Shown one piece after another: positions 13,625-24,887 of a stretch of 64,000 nt of DNA. The notes under the pieces were generated by a model. It saw nothing but the letters and a program-made list of their open reading frames with translations. It ran no database searches and was not told the DNA's origin. Source of the DNA: Lama guanicoe (Eukaryota); assembly GCA_013239625.1 (NCBI GenBank), contig MU056050.1:1226084-1290083 (forward strand), given 5' to 3'. How positions within the stretch are numbered: the first letter of the stretch is position 1; the number at the start of each line of letters is the position of its first letter. A program made the position numbers and the translations under genes.

Positions 13625-14760
13625 TATGTTTTTAAGTTCTATAATTTTATATGGCTCTTTTTTATAATATGTGTTTCTTTGCTGAGATTTTCTTTTTTCA
13701 TTTTAAGAGAATTTGTAATTGCCTGTTGAAGAACTTTATGTCTGCTTTAAAAATAGTTTGACAGTTTCAGTATCTGACGCATCTTAGCGTTAGCATCAGT
13801 TGATTGTCTTTTCTCATCCATGTTGTGACTTCTGGTTCTTGATATGGTGGATGATTTTCAATTGTATCCTGCATATTCTATCTACTAGGAAATTCTGTGC
13901 TCTATTTAAAATCTCAAATTTTGTCAGGCATTCACCCCGTTTAGTTTAGCATGCAGGTCTTAGCCTACTTTTGTGGTGTCTGGTTCCAGTGACAGCTTAG
14001 TTAGTAGAGCCTTGTGGTACTATTTTGGTCTGCTCGGCTTATCGTTGCTGCTGTGATTTCCTCTGGCCCCTGCTGGTGCTGTGCTGCCTAAATGGGCAGC
14101 CTGGTGGGGGAGTACAGTCTTTAGCTTTCAGGGTCAGGTGCTTGTTATGTCAAGTTCTCCCTCCATGCCGCTTCCTGGCTGCTTGGCGTCTCTACTTGGG
14201 GAAGGGAAGTCTTCAGCCAGTAGGCACAAAGAGACAGGGAACTTGGTTTTGGCAGAGTCCTTCTTGCTGATTTGTCTGCCAGCCCTGCAGCCTGCTATTT
14301 CTCAGGGTGGAAGAGTTTCACTCAGGCCTTGTAGGGGAAAGAGAGCACTTCCTGGGTTGGGATGCTTCTTGTGATGGGTCCCTCTCGCCAGTGCTGTATT
14401 TCCACTTGGTTAGGAGTGCCCTCCAGCTGCCCAGTATCTCAGGCCTGTTTGAGAAGGTGGTTACTTCCCCTGGCCACTTACTGTCAGCTGGATTCCCATT
14501 CCATCCAGGAAGCAGGAGCCTACTTAGGTTGCCTTCTTTTGCTGGAAGATGACTGGGCCTTAGTTAAAGTGGGGTCTTGTAAGATGCCCTCCCTCTGTGT
14601 TTTCCCTTTAGGCCTGAGGTCTCTAAACAACTTGCCTTTCTCTTTCCACCTTTCATATTGTCCTTTGGTTGTCACTTGTGTTATTTACAGGATTTATAGT
14701 TATACCTAGGGAGGAGGAGCATGGAGAAAGGAGTTTATGCCACCTTTCCTGTACTAGAAG
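13625..14760 (-). mobile_element. Old LINE-1 5' UTR region (L1M4/L1MD-like), antisense
   Basis: GC-richer block whose right end reads on minus as an L1-like start (cttctagtacaggaaaggtggcataaactc). Family assignment is tentative. Confidence 0.55.
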
Positions 14761-14834
14761 AAGGAAAAGCTTCATTCTTAAGTGTTTCATCCCAGGTGTA
14801 AGCTTTCTTGAATGATCGCTTGACAAATGGATTT

Positions 14835-14872
14835 GTGTGAGGCGAATGTGATAACCACTACACTACGGAAAC
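14835..14872 (-). pseudogene. Tailless retropseudogene of the 5' half of tRNA-Val(CAC)
   Basis: Reverse complement GTTTCCGTAGTGTAGTGGTTATCACATTCGCCTCACAC matches mammalian tRNA-Val-CAC nt 1-38 as recalled, with one mismatch (G26A). Flanked by perfect 15-bp TSD acaaatggatttgtg (14823-14837 / 14874-14888). No poly(A), no T arm or B box. Confidence 0.93.
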
Positions 14873-15671
14873 AACAAATGGATTTGTGATTACTTATGCT
14901 TGAGCTTTTCTCTACCTTGTTTCAAATGACGTTTTCCAATGTATAAATAGATAGGCTTCCAGTGTTTTTATTGTTGTGTAGGAAAAGTCCACCACATTTC
15001 TGTGTGTAAAGCCACAGTGTGTGTCATTAGTCCAGCTTTGACTCTTCATAAATGTCAGAATTTATATTCTGTAGACCAAAAATCTAACCTAATGACATAC
15101 ATCTGGCTGAGAAACATAATAGGAAGGAAAATATTCTGTCTAGGAAGATGTAATCCTGTTTTTAAAAATGTCATTTAAAAGAAACTAAAGTAGCCAAATC
15201 AAAGACATATACTTACCCAAACTTATAAAATTTAAGATTTAGCTTTATAGCTACATGCCCTGGCCACACAAAAAGACCTATATATGTGTTATTATGTTCC
15301 CCAAATTCTATTATTTATATACATCTCAAGCTTCTTGGTCCATATATGAGATTTACTTGATTTAGTGGGATCAATAAATAATAATTCAGTTTCTTAACTA
15401 AGTTTGGAACAAATTGAGGGATAGACATGGAAGTCAGAAAAATGGAGATAAACTTTTTTTTAATTTTTATTATTTTTGTTATTTATGCATCTGGAGAACT
15501 TTGTTCTTTGTTATTTATGCAAAGAACTTTACTTTGTTATTTATGCATCTAGAGAACACTATTTTGTATTTAGGGCTAAATTTTTTTTAAAGTTCCATAT
15601 GCATTTAAACCCCAAGTCTCATCTATGAGACAAACCTATGCACAGGAAAGTTTCAAGTCTGCAGAACAGCA

Positions 15672-15822
15672 TAGTCAACCTTCCATATCTGCAGGTGCAG
15701 AACCTGTGAATACGGAGTGCTGATTGTACTACACTATTTCAATAAGGGACTTGAGCATCCCTGGATTTTGGTATCCGAGGAGGGCCTGGAACCAGTCGTC
15801 CATGGATCCTAAGGGACAGCTG
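15672..15822. mobile_element. MER2-like Tigger (Tc1/mariner) non-autonomous element
   Basis: Degenerate TIRs tagtcaaccttccatatctgcagg ... ccatggatcctaagggacagctg followed by TA. Internal ataagggacttgagcatcc.tggattttggtatcc is typical of MER2. Confidence 0.8.
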
Positions 15823-15832
15823 TATTACTAAC

Positions 15833-15904
15833 GTCAGGTCTAGAGAAAAGTGGGAAGAAAAATTGGAGTCAGGTCTAGAGAAAAGTGGGAAGAAAAATTG
15901 GAGT
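15833..15904. repeat. Perfect 35-bp tandem duplication
   Basis: gtcaggtctagagaaaagtgggaagaaaaattgga at 15833-15867 and 15868-15902, plus 2-bp GT overlap. Confidence 0.97.
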
Positions 15905-16259
15905 GAACCCCCAGTGCTTATTATTTTTAGTATATTAGACCCACACATTCAAGAAACATACCAATAGCACTTACTTTTCAACCAAGTACCTCATTCCTCA
16001 GAGTAGTAAGTAAGGGGTAAGGCAATAGTCCAATAGCATTAACCCAGGGAAGTTTCCCTACATGGAAAGAGGAAGAGTGGGAGATAAGCAATCCAATAAC
16101 ACTCAGCATTAGTAATTTTTTAAATTGCCAATGTAGTAAACAAAATGTGATATCCAATTCTTAACAGTTACATTTCTTTGATTATTATAGATGTTGGACT
16201 CTGTTTCTAGTATTTTTTCTTACACTTCGTAAGTACTAATTTTTTTGACCGTGTCCTAG

Positions 16260-16377
16260 AGGGCGAACATCACACATCTCCCGAAATATCCTGGGCTATT
16301 TTCGCTAAAAGGAATTCTGCATAGACTGGTTGGGCCATGAGGTTGACTGTTATGAAAATGTTTTCCCTTCAATTCAG
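16260..16377 (+). other. Candidate exon (possibly pseudogenised or non-coding)
   Basis: Branch-point-like TACTAAT (16234-16240), T-tract, AG at 16258-16259, donor CAG|GTATCT at 16377/16378. Unusually CpG-rich for this window. Best frame has one TAA. Confidence 0.3.
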
Positions 16378-16769
16378 GTATCTTGCTAAATGCATGTCAT
16401 ACCTGTGTATAGTTTGGGACCCAATCCATTTCTAACAATTTGGAGAAAAGACAAGAGGTACAACATTTTCTACCATAACTGTAATGTGTCCACGACTAGT
16501 TATTGTCTGACAGAATACAAGTAGGAGTTGGTTATGCTCCTTGTTAATCACCCTGAGGTAAACACATACCTGGACATTATAGATTCTCTTAATACCTTCA
16601 TGAATAGAAGAACTGTAACAAAATTTCCATACATATTTAGAAGACATACATTTTTCAGGTTTTTCACAATTTGGTGGAAAAATCCAAGTTTATTCTTTGC
16701 ATTCCATTTTTGATTTAATGTTTAATACTCTTACCTCAAACTTTACATTTGCTCTTAGGCAAATATATA

Positions 16770-17072
16770 GAAGCAGCAGGATAGAGTGGTGGCATGGTGG
16801 TATAGAGGGTTAGGAGTTGGAAGTCGTGGGTTTAAGTCCTAAGCGCTTAACGTATTTATGGAACAACTCCCACGGTCCAAATTCTATTTAATTTGAACAG
16901 CTGAAGAGATGAAATCTAACTTTTCCATTTGCTAGTTGTTTAAACGTACAAAAGTCACTTCTTTTAGCTTTAATTCTTCACTACAGTCATTGAGATTATG
17001 AAACAAGATAAAATTAAGAAAACTACTTTGTGCATTAGAAGTACAGCACACATGTAAGAGATTACTATTATT
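16770..17072 (+). mobile_element. Highly diverged MIR-like SINE
   Basis: aagcagcaggatagagtgg...gggtttaagtcct head and ...gtacagcacacatgtaagagattactattatt tail resemble MIR. Very degenerate. Confidence 0.4.
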
Positions 17073-17974
17073 TTGCAATCACATCCCCTCTTCTCTTGGG
17101 TAACTGATATTTTCCCATGCCTTATTGGGACCATCTGTAATTCAGAACAATTATTTTTGCACTCAGGCTAAGCAGAGATGATCTCTATGTGCATTTTCAG
17201 ATTTCCATATGTAGAGACATACCAAGCTTCTACGTGGTACATTTGGTAAACTGAGAAATGTCCTGATAATGAGTGAGTCTAATTATCAAGTTTCAAATAC
17301 TGCCTGCAGGGCTGGTTTTAGCTTTAATAAGGAATACCTCACTTGGGAATCAAGTTCATTTTCTTCTTTGATAAAGAAGGCTTTGCTAGATTAAAAATAT
17401 ATACCCTTTGGAGATTGGTAAAACTTGAGACAAAATACTCATTCTGTTAGATGATCTTTATAAAATCATATCATCCAGGATTTCAGGGGTTTTATATCTG
17501 TAAATAAATGGGGTGGGAGACAAATTGTAGTTTTCGTACTCCGTGTAAGGGAGAGAAAAATACTGATTGCAGAGAAGCAGTAAGCAAAACCTGATTGCCA
17601 AAATTTAATGAACCCACCTGACCCTTGTATCTCAGAAGCTTTGATCCTGGGAGGGATATTGATCTGAGATCTGAGCGTTCTTTCTCAATGACTCATGCAA
17701 AATTGCATTCATCTGTTGGGCCTAAAGAAGGGTAATCCCGATGGGGCTTCCTTCTTTAGCTAATACAAAGTTACCTCCTGAAAAGCTGAAGTGATGTGGC
17801 TCCTGGAGGGCACCACCACTGTGTATGTGTTTTAGAGGGTGTGAGGGAGCAAGTAAAATGGATCCCTTATTTGAGAGGCAAATTAAGATGGAAGAGATAG
17901 GAAATAGCAAATTAGCTAAGCAGATATTTTTCAAAAGTATTAAATTTATTGGTTTTTTTCTTGAATTATACAAG

Positions 17975-19548
17975 TACTTTTTAAATGAGCTTTTTGAAGT
18001 GTAATTTACATATAATAACATTCATCCATTTAAGTTTACAGTTTGATGACCTTTGACAAATACATTCATACCTGTATCCACCACTACAATCTAGATATGA
18101 GGTATTTCTATTGCCAGAAATATTTCCATGGTGATTTCATTCAGTCCCTGCCTCCCATCCATATCCCTTGGGAATTGTTGATCTGTCATGTAGTGTTCCA
18201 TTTTATAGAATTTCATATCAATAAAAGCTTACAAGATGTAGACTTTTGTGCCTGATGTCTTTTATTCAGCATAATAATTTTGAGATTCATCCATCTTGTT
18301 AAGTATATCAGTGGCACATTCGTTTTTAATTCTAAGGAGTATTCCACTGTATTGATACGCAACAGTCTTTGCGTACACTCACCAGTTGATGAACGTTTGA
18401 GTTGTTCCAGTATTTGACTGGTATGGAAAAAGCTGTCATGGATAGTGATGTACAAGTTTCCTATGGATGTATGTTTTTATTTCTCCTGTGTAAATAAATA
18501 CCTAAGAGCGGGATTACTGTATTGTTGGTAATTTTTTGTTTTGACTTTATAAGAAACTGCCAAATCTTTGCCAAATGAGCTGTGGCCTTTTTTTTCCATC
18601 ATCAATAAGTAAGAGTTACCATTGCTCCATGTCCTCACATAAACTTAATGTTGTCAGCCTTTATGCTTAGCCATTTTAGGGTATGTAGTGGTATTATATT
18701 TAATTTTTAATTTACAATTTGCTTAATGTGCTTTGTATGTATCATGAATATATCTTCTTTGGTTACATTTCTGTTAAAATTTCTTGCCCAGTTTTAGAAA
18801 TCAGTGTTTTTATCTTATTACTGAGTTGTAAGGGCTTTTTGATATATATTCTGCATACAAAACTTTGACCAGATAAAAATCTTTGCAATTTTGTTCTTAA
18901 TCTGTTTGCTTCTTTATTCTTGAAAGTCTTTCAAAGATAAGACGTTTTAAATTTTGATGTATTCCAATTTATATATTCTTTGTTTTACAATCTTCACTTA
19001 GCCTAAGGCCACATAAATTTTCTCATTTTTTTTCTTAGAAGTTTTATCATTTTAGCTTTACCTTTAGGTCTATGTTCCATTTGAAATCAGTTTTTTGTGT
19101 AGTGTGAAGTAAGGTTAAGGTTATTTTATTTTAATTGTTTGCATATGGATGTCCATTTGTTAAAAAGCCTTTTCCCCCATTGAGTTACCTCAGTATCATT
19201 TTAAAAAAAATAGTTGACCATACATGTATGTATCTTTTTGAATTTTCAGTTCTGTTCTGTTGATCTATTTGTCTGTTTTTATGCCAGTGCCACACTTACT
19301 TATTTGCTGTAGCTTTGTAGTAAGTCTTGAAGTCGGGTAAGGTAAGCTTCCCAACTTCTTTCTTCTATTTCAAAATTGTAATGGCTCTTCTAGAACATAT
19401 TCTAGGTTCTTTCTATTTCTGAGTAAAGTTTAGAATCAGTTTGTCAAGTTTTTCAAAAAAATTACAAAGCTGGCAAGAATTTTATTTGGGGTTATATTGG
19501 ATCTCACATCAATTTGGGGAGAACTGAACTGTAAAATATTGGATCTTC
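17975..19548 (-). mobile_element. Old LINE-1 (L1MB/L1ME-like) 3' UTR and ORF2 fragments
   Basis: gcttttgaagtgtaatttacatataataa...tttaagtttacagtttgatga 3' end. ORF 18213-18455 (SSTGEC...INTVEYS...RWMNLKIIMLNKR) is a degenerate ORF2p C-terminus. Confidence 0.8.
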
Positions 19549-19549
19549 C

Positions 19550-19750
19550 ACAGTAGGGAGAATTATGGCCTCCATGCCCTGTGTCCTCTGGTGTTAGTCC
19601 TGTAAATATGTTATATTTCATGACAAAAGGAATTCAGAGATGTAATTCAAGTTACTAATCAATTGACCTTGATATAGAGAGTCTATTCTGGATTATATGG
19701 GAGAGCCAAATGTAATCAATTACACAGGCCATTAAAAACAGAAGGCAGGG
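19550..19750 (+). mobile_element. Partial MLT1 (MaLR) LTR
   Basis: cctgtaaatatgttatatttcatgacaaaagg...gatgtaatt.aagtta...gaccttga.atag.gag..tattctggattat...gccaaatgtaatca resembles the MLT1D/E 5' half. Confidence 0.7.
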
Positions 19751-19918
19751 GCAGAATTATAATTATTAGAACTCTAAATGTTCATTTTTCAACCCAATAT
19801 AAAAAAGAACAAGGTGAGGAAAAGTATCTGTGCGCTGATTTTAATTTAAAGGTTTTATCTATTTAACTTAAGGCCTTGTATTGGGTTAAGCAGCAAATTC
19901 TGCAGAACAATTAGTGGC

Positions 19919-19947
19919 TGTTGTTGTTGTTGTTGTTGTTGTTGTTG
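19919..19947. repeat. (TTG)n microsatellite
   Basis: About nine perfect TTG units. Confidence 0.95.
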
Positions 19948-19949
19948 AT

Positions 19950-20380
19950 ACAAACAGTGAAAAGGACACATCATTTCTGTGTTTGGTGTTTTTTTTCACC
20001 CAAATCCATAACCTCACTCTAATCTTGGGAAAACACCAGAAAAACCTGAATTGGGGTCATTCTGTAAAATAACTAACTAGTATTTTCAGTAGTCTCAAGG
20101 TCATTAAAGATAAGGAAACAATGAGGACCTGTTGCAGACTGGAAGAGATGAACGAGAAATAACACTATAATGTGGAACAGAAAAAGGATATCAGTGGAAA
20201 ACTGACTAATAAGGTCGATGGTTTAGTTAATGATATACAATACAAATGTTACTTTCCCATTTTTGATCGTTGTACCATGATAATATAAGATGTTAACATT
20301 AGGGGAAACTGGGCAAAGGATATAACGGGATATTTTATAACATTTTTGAAAGTCTGAAGTTACTTGAAATGAAAAAATAT
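19950..20380 (+). mobile_element. Old LINE-1 3' UTR (L1MC4/L1ME3-like)
   Basis: ggaacagaaaaaggatatcagtggaaaactga...taagatgttaacattaggggaaactgggcaaagg...aagtctgaagttact. Confidence 0.7.
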
Positions 20381-22434
20381 GTATATACTAAAGGAATGAA
20401 ATATCCAGCACTTAGTAAGTTGATGGTGTAAGTATATGACAGGTAATCTTTGAATGGGTCATGGTCTATCAAGATTTGACTACAGGAAAGGGTGCCAGCC
20501 CTTATGGGCTGAGGATGAGAAACCTAGATGTGATGATCCAGCACAGAAGGGTCAAAGCAGTACATAAAAGGAATTTTTATGTCTCAATTTCATGTTTACC
20601 GAGTACCACCTCTACTTGAGTGAGCTCAAGTATAGCTCACCTGAAGAACAAATCTGTGCCAACAGGTTGGTCCATCCCACAAAGGAGAAATACATTTTCT
20701 TAAGCCTTTCTGTGAAGTCAATGTCTTAACTAAAAGGAATAAACTTACCATAATGGAGTTTAAGTATCATTACAGATCATTCTATCCAAAATTTGGAGGC
20801 AGATAAGTCCTTGGAACTACTCTTAATGTGTTCTGTTGTAGGTGGCTGCTGCTTCTGCTTCGTCTATATCAGGAAGTCTGAATTAATCTTTCTATTCTGA
20901 CTGCTGTCTTATTAAATATCTGATATTTTTCTTTATGCTTTTACCTTTTTTCTCTCTAGCATTGTTTTTACATCTTCTGTATGATTAAAGAAATGTTCTT
21001 GTTTAGTTCAGTTATTAGAAGCCCTAGAAATGTGCCTTTGTGAAGTGAGCCGGCTACAATTTGGTACACTGTATTACCATGGGCTTTAGCAGTTAGATTG
21101 TGGGACCGACCACTTACAATTGTTTCTGATGGAATTTTGTGATTTGTAATACCTGAAGGGCACAGTGATAGTTTTGTACAGTCTTTATTTCTTAAAAATA
21201 ATCTAAGACATCACAGACTACTGAAATGCATTGTGATGGAGAGAAATGGAAAAAAGGTATGAGGAGAAGAAATAAATGTCCTTTTTTAATACGAAGGAAA
21301 TATTCTGCTAGTGTTAAGAAGGCAAACATTTTCAAATATAAGCCTGAATTCAACTAAGAGACTTCTCTGTTTTGGTATATACATATATCCCTACTCTACA
21401 TTTCTTCTGAATGCTGCAGGTACTTTATTTTTTCTAACAACTAGCTAAAGTGAACATTTGTTTGACAGTTTCATCACCAGTGGGAAAAGTCAGAAAATGG
21501 CATTCATACAGCTCTCTGAAAGGCAAGATAGCAAGCACTCTGTGGACTACCCCACAAAATAGTACCAAATACACGTTTAGTTGATTAAATGTAATGAGAA
21601 ACCAAAAGTTACGTTATATTTTAAATTCTCAAAAGTGCATGAGATTGTACACGGGAATATCTGTGATCTCTTTTTCTCCTCTGTCTATGGCTCTCACACA
21701 CATGGACACAATTTTAGTTTTGTTTGTTTAAAGTCTCATCCCAGTAATATAAATGCAATTTAATGTTAAAAATTAACAATATGAATCATATTTTTGACTA
21801 GAGTATAAAGATTGCACGTTTTCTCTGTATAAACAGATAAAAAATTTCAGAATTTTTAGTAAATGTTTATTACTAAAATCTGCATGCAAATATGAATAGA
21901 TGTGACATTATTTGATAAAGATTATCTACCATAAGCTTAAGGCAAATATATTTAATGGAGGAGAATTAATATACTTTCCCCTTAAGATAAGGTACAAGGC
22001 AAAAATGCTTGTTATTGCCATCACTGATTGATATAGTCATGTAACCTTGCCACAAATATTACAATGAGAAAAGGAAATACGTTGATTGGAAGAAAAGCAA
22101 CTCATTTTTGTAAGTAATATGAGCATTTAGATATAAGAACCCCTATGGAATCAACATGCAAATTATTATAATAAAAGTGTTCATAGAGGAACAAAAATCA
22201 ACAATTTTTCCATACCTGGAATAGCTGACTAAGGTATTATTTCTATTATGAATGAAATATATTCTTTTTACTGTATATTCTTGCCAGTGTAATCAATGTT
22301 ACATAAGGAGACATTAGAGATAATGAGGAAGAAGAAGTATATGAAGAATGATTGGTGATGAATAAGAACTTTCCAAAACTGTCAAAGGACCTCAATCCAC
22401 AAACAAAAGAAGCACTATAAACCTCAGGAAGTAT

Positions 22435-23025
22435 GTCAAAATGACACCTGCACCCCCAATGTTCATAACAGCACTATTTACAATAGCCAAGACATGGAAA
22501 CACCCTAAATGTCCATCAACAGATGACTGGATAAAGAAGATGTGGTATATTTATACAATGGAATACTACTCAGCCATAAAAAAGAATAAAATAATGCCAT
22601 TTGCAGCAACATGGTTGGACCTGGAGGTCTTCACTCTAAGTGAAGTAAGCCAGAAAGAGAAAGAAAAATAACATATGATATCACTTTTATGTGGAATCTA
22701 AAAAAAAAAAAACCCCACAAACAGAGCATAAATACAAAACAGAAATAGATTCATAGACATAGAATAGAAACTTGTGGTTGCCAAGGGGGTGGAGAGTGGG
22801 AAGGGATAGACTGGGATTTCAAAATTGTAGAATAGATAAACAAGATTATACTGTATAGCACAGGGAAGTATATATAAGATCTTATGGTAGTTCACAGAGA
22901 AAAAAATGTGACAATGAATATATGTATGTTCATGTATAACTGAAAAATTGTGCTCTACACTGGAATTCGACACAACATTGTAAAGTGATTATAAATCAAT
23001 AAGAAATGTTAAAAAAAGAAAGAAA
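22435..23025 (+). mobile_element. Young 5'-truncated LINE-1 (ORF2 C-terminus + 3' UTR + A-tail) with 16-bp TSD
   Basis: ORF 22441-22671 PMFITALFTIAKTWKHPKCPSTDDWIKKMWYIYTMEYYSAIKKNKIMPFAATWLDLE...LSEVSQKEK is nearly intact ORF2p C-terminus. Perfect TSD aaacctcaggaagtat at 22419-22434 and 23026-23041. Confidence 0.96.
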
Positions 23026-23502
23026 AAACCTCAGGAAGTATAAATACAAAAAAATTGAAACCAAGTTACACTGTAGTAAGACGGCTGAAAATAAAATGCA
23101 AGGTGAAAATCTTTAAAGAAGTTCAGTAAAAAAATGACATGATATTATTAAGAACAACAATATGACTAACAACTTCTCAACAACAACAAAAAAGGAATAA
23201 GAAGACAGGGAATAATATATTTAATGTAAAAATAAAATAATTGCAAATTTAAAATTCTATGATGTATTGAATTTATCCCTCATGTATTGAAGTGAATTAA
23301 ATATATTTTTAGAAAACCAAAATGAGATAATTTATCATCAGCAGGCCTGCACTAAATTTAAAAAGTAGTATTTAGGCTTATGGAAAATTATTCCACATTG
23401 CAGTTTGGAGGTGCACATTGTTAAAAAGGTAAATCTAAATGAATATTCTCAGTATAAAACTACAAAACATTATTATCATTAAAAACAACAGTGTTTCCTT
23501 AA

Positions 23503-23640
23503 ATACATATATATATATATATATATAAATACATATGTATCTATATCTATAGATACATATATCTATATATGTGTATATATACATATATACATATACATAT
23601 ATCTATATATATAGATATATGTATCTATAGATACATATAA
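23503..23640. repeat. Complex (TA)n-derived microsatellite with nested palindromes
   Basis: (TA)n/(TATC)/(TACA) mosaic. 32-bp perfect palindrome at 23593-23624. 27-bp inverted repeat at 23544-23570 / 23607-23633. Confidence 0.93.
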
Positions 23641-24338
23641 AGTATGCAGAATTCAGAAAGGGATGAGTGATATTAAAGTAGTCTAAGTTCTTTATATCAT
23701 TTGAAGTTTGATAAAAATGGTAATTAATATTGGATTTTAAATCATGTCTTCAGGTTGTAGTCTTTAGGGAAAACATTAAACAGGAATGAAAGAATGTGTA
23801 ACTAACTAATTAAAAGAATGGTAAAATGTTATAATAAAACTATTTTAAAAGGTCAGGGAAAGAGAAAATAAGTTACATAAGAGAGGTGAGACAAAGAGCA
23901 AGCACATTGTACAATGGTAGATTTTAAACCAATTATATCAGTTATTCCATTAAATAGCTTAGTTTCCTAGTTAGAAACAAATTCAGTTTCGATAAAAAAC
24001 TAGAGACACCCTTTAAATAAAATGACAAATAGATTGAAGGGCAAAATATGAAAAATACCAAAACCAATAAAAAGAAATCTGTTCTAACTGCAATCATATG
24101 ACAAAAATAGACATAAAAATAGAAGCATTATTAGAGTTTAAAGAGAATTATTTCATAAGGATAGAGTCTCAAAATACCAGGAATATATACAAATTCTAAC
24201 TTTGTATAAACCTAATGAAATAATCAAAATATACAAAGCAAAGGCTAACAGAACTAAAGGAATAATTAATCTATAGTCCTACATGGAGACTTTAACATGG
24301 ATTTCATAGTAAATTTAGAACAAAATGACAGAAAAGAT

Positions 24339-24887
<549 letters not shown>

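Noticed and set aside
11766..14709. Clusters of overlapping ORFs in the GC-richer blocks (also 29047-29896 and 51048-51695)
   Set aside because: These lie in L1 5' UTR relics, where higher GC content lengthens chance ORFs.
14835..14872. Functional tRNA-Val gene
   Set aside because: Only the 5' half is present: no T arm/B box and no 3' acceptor strand.
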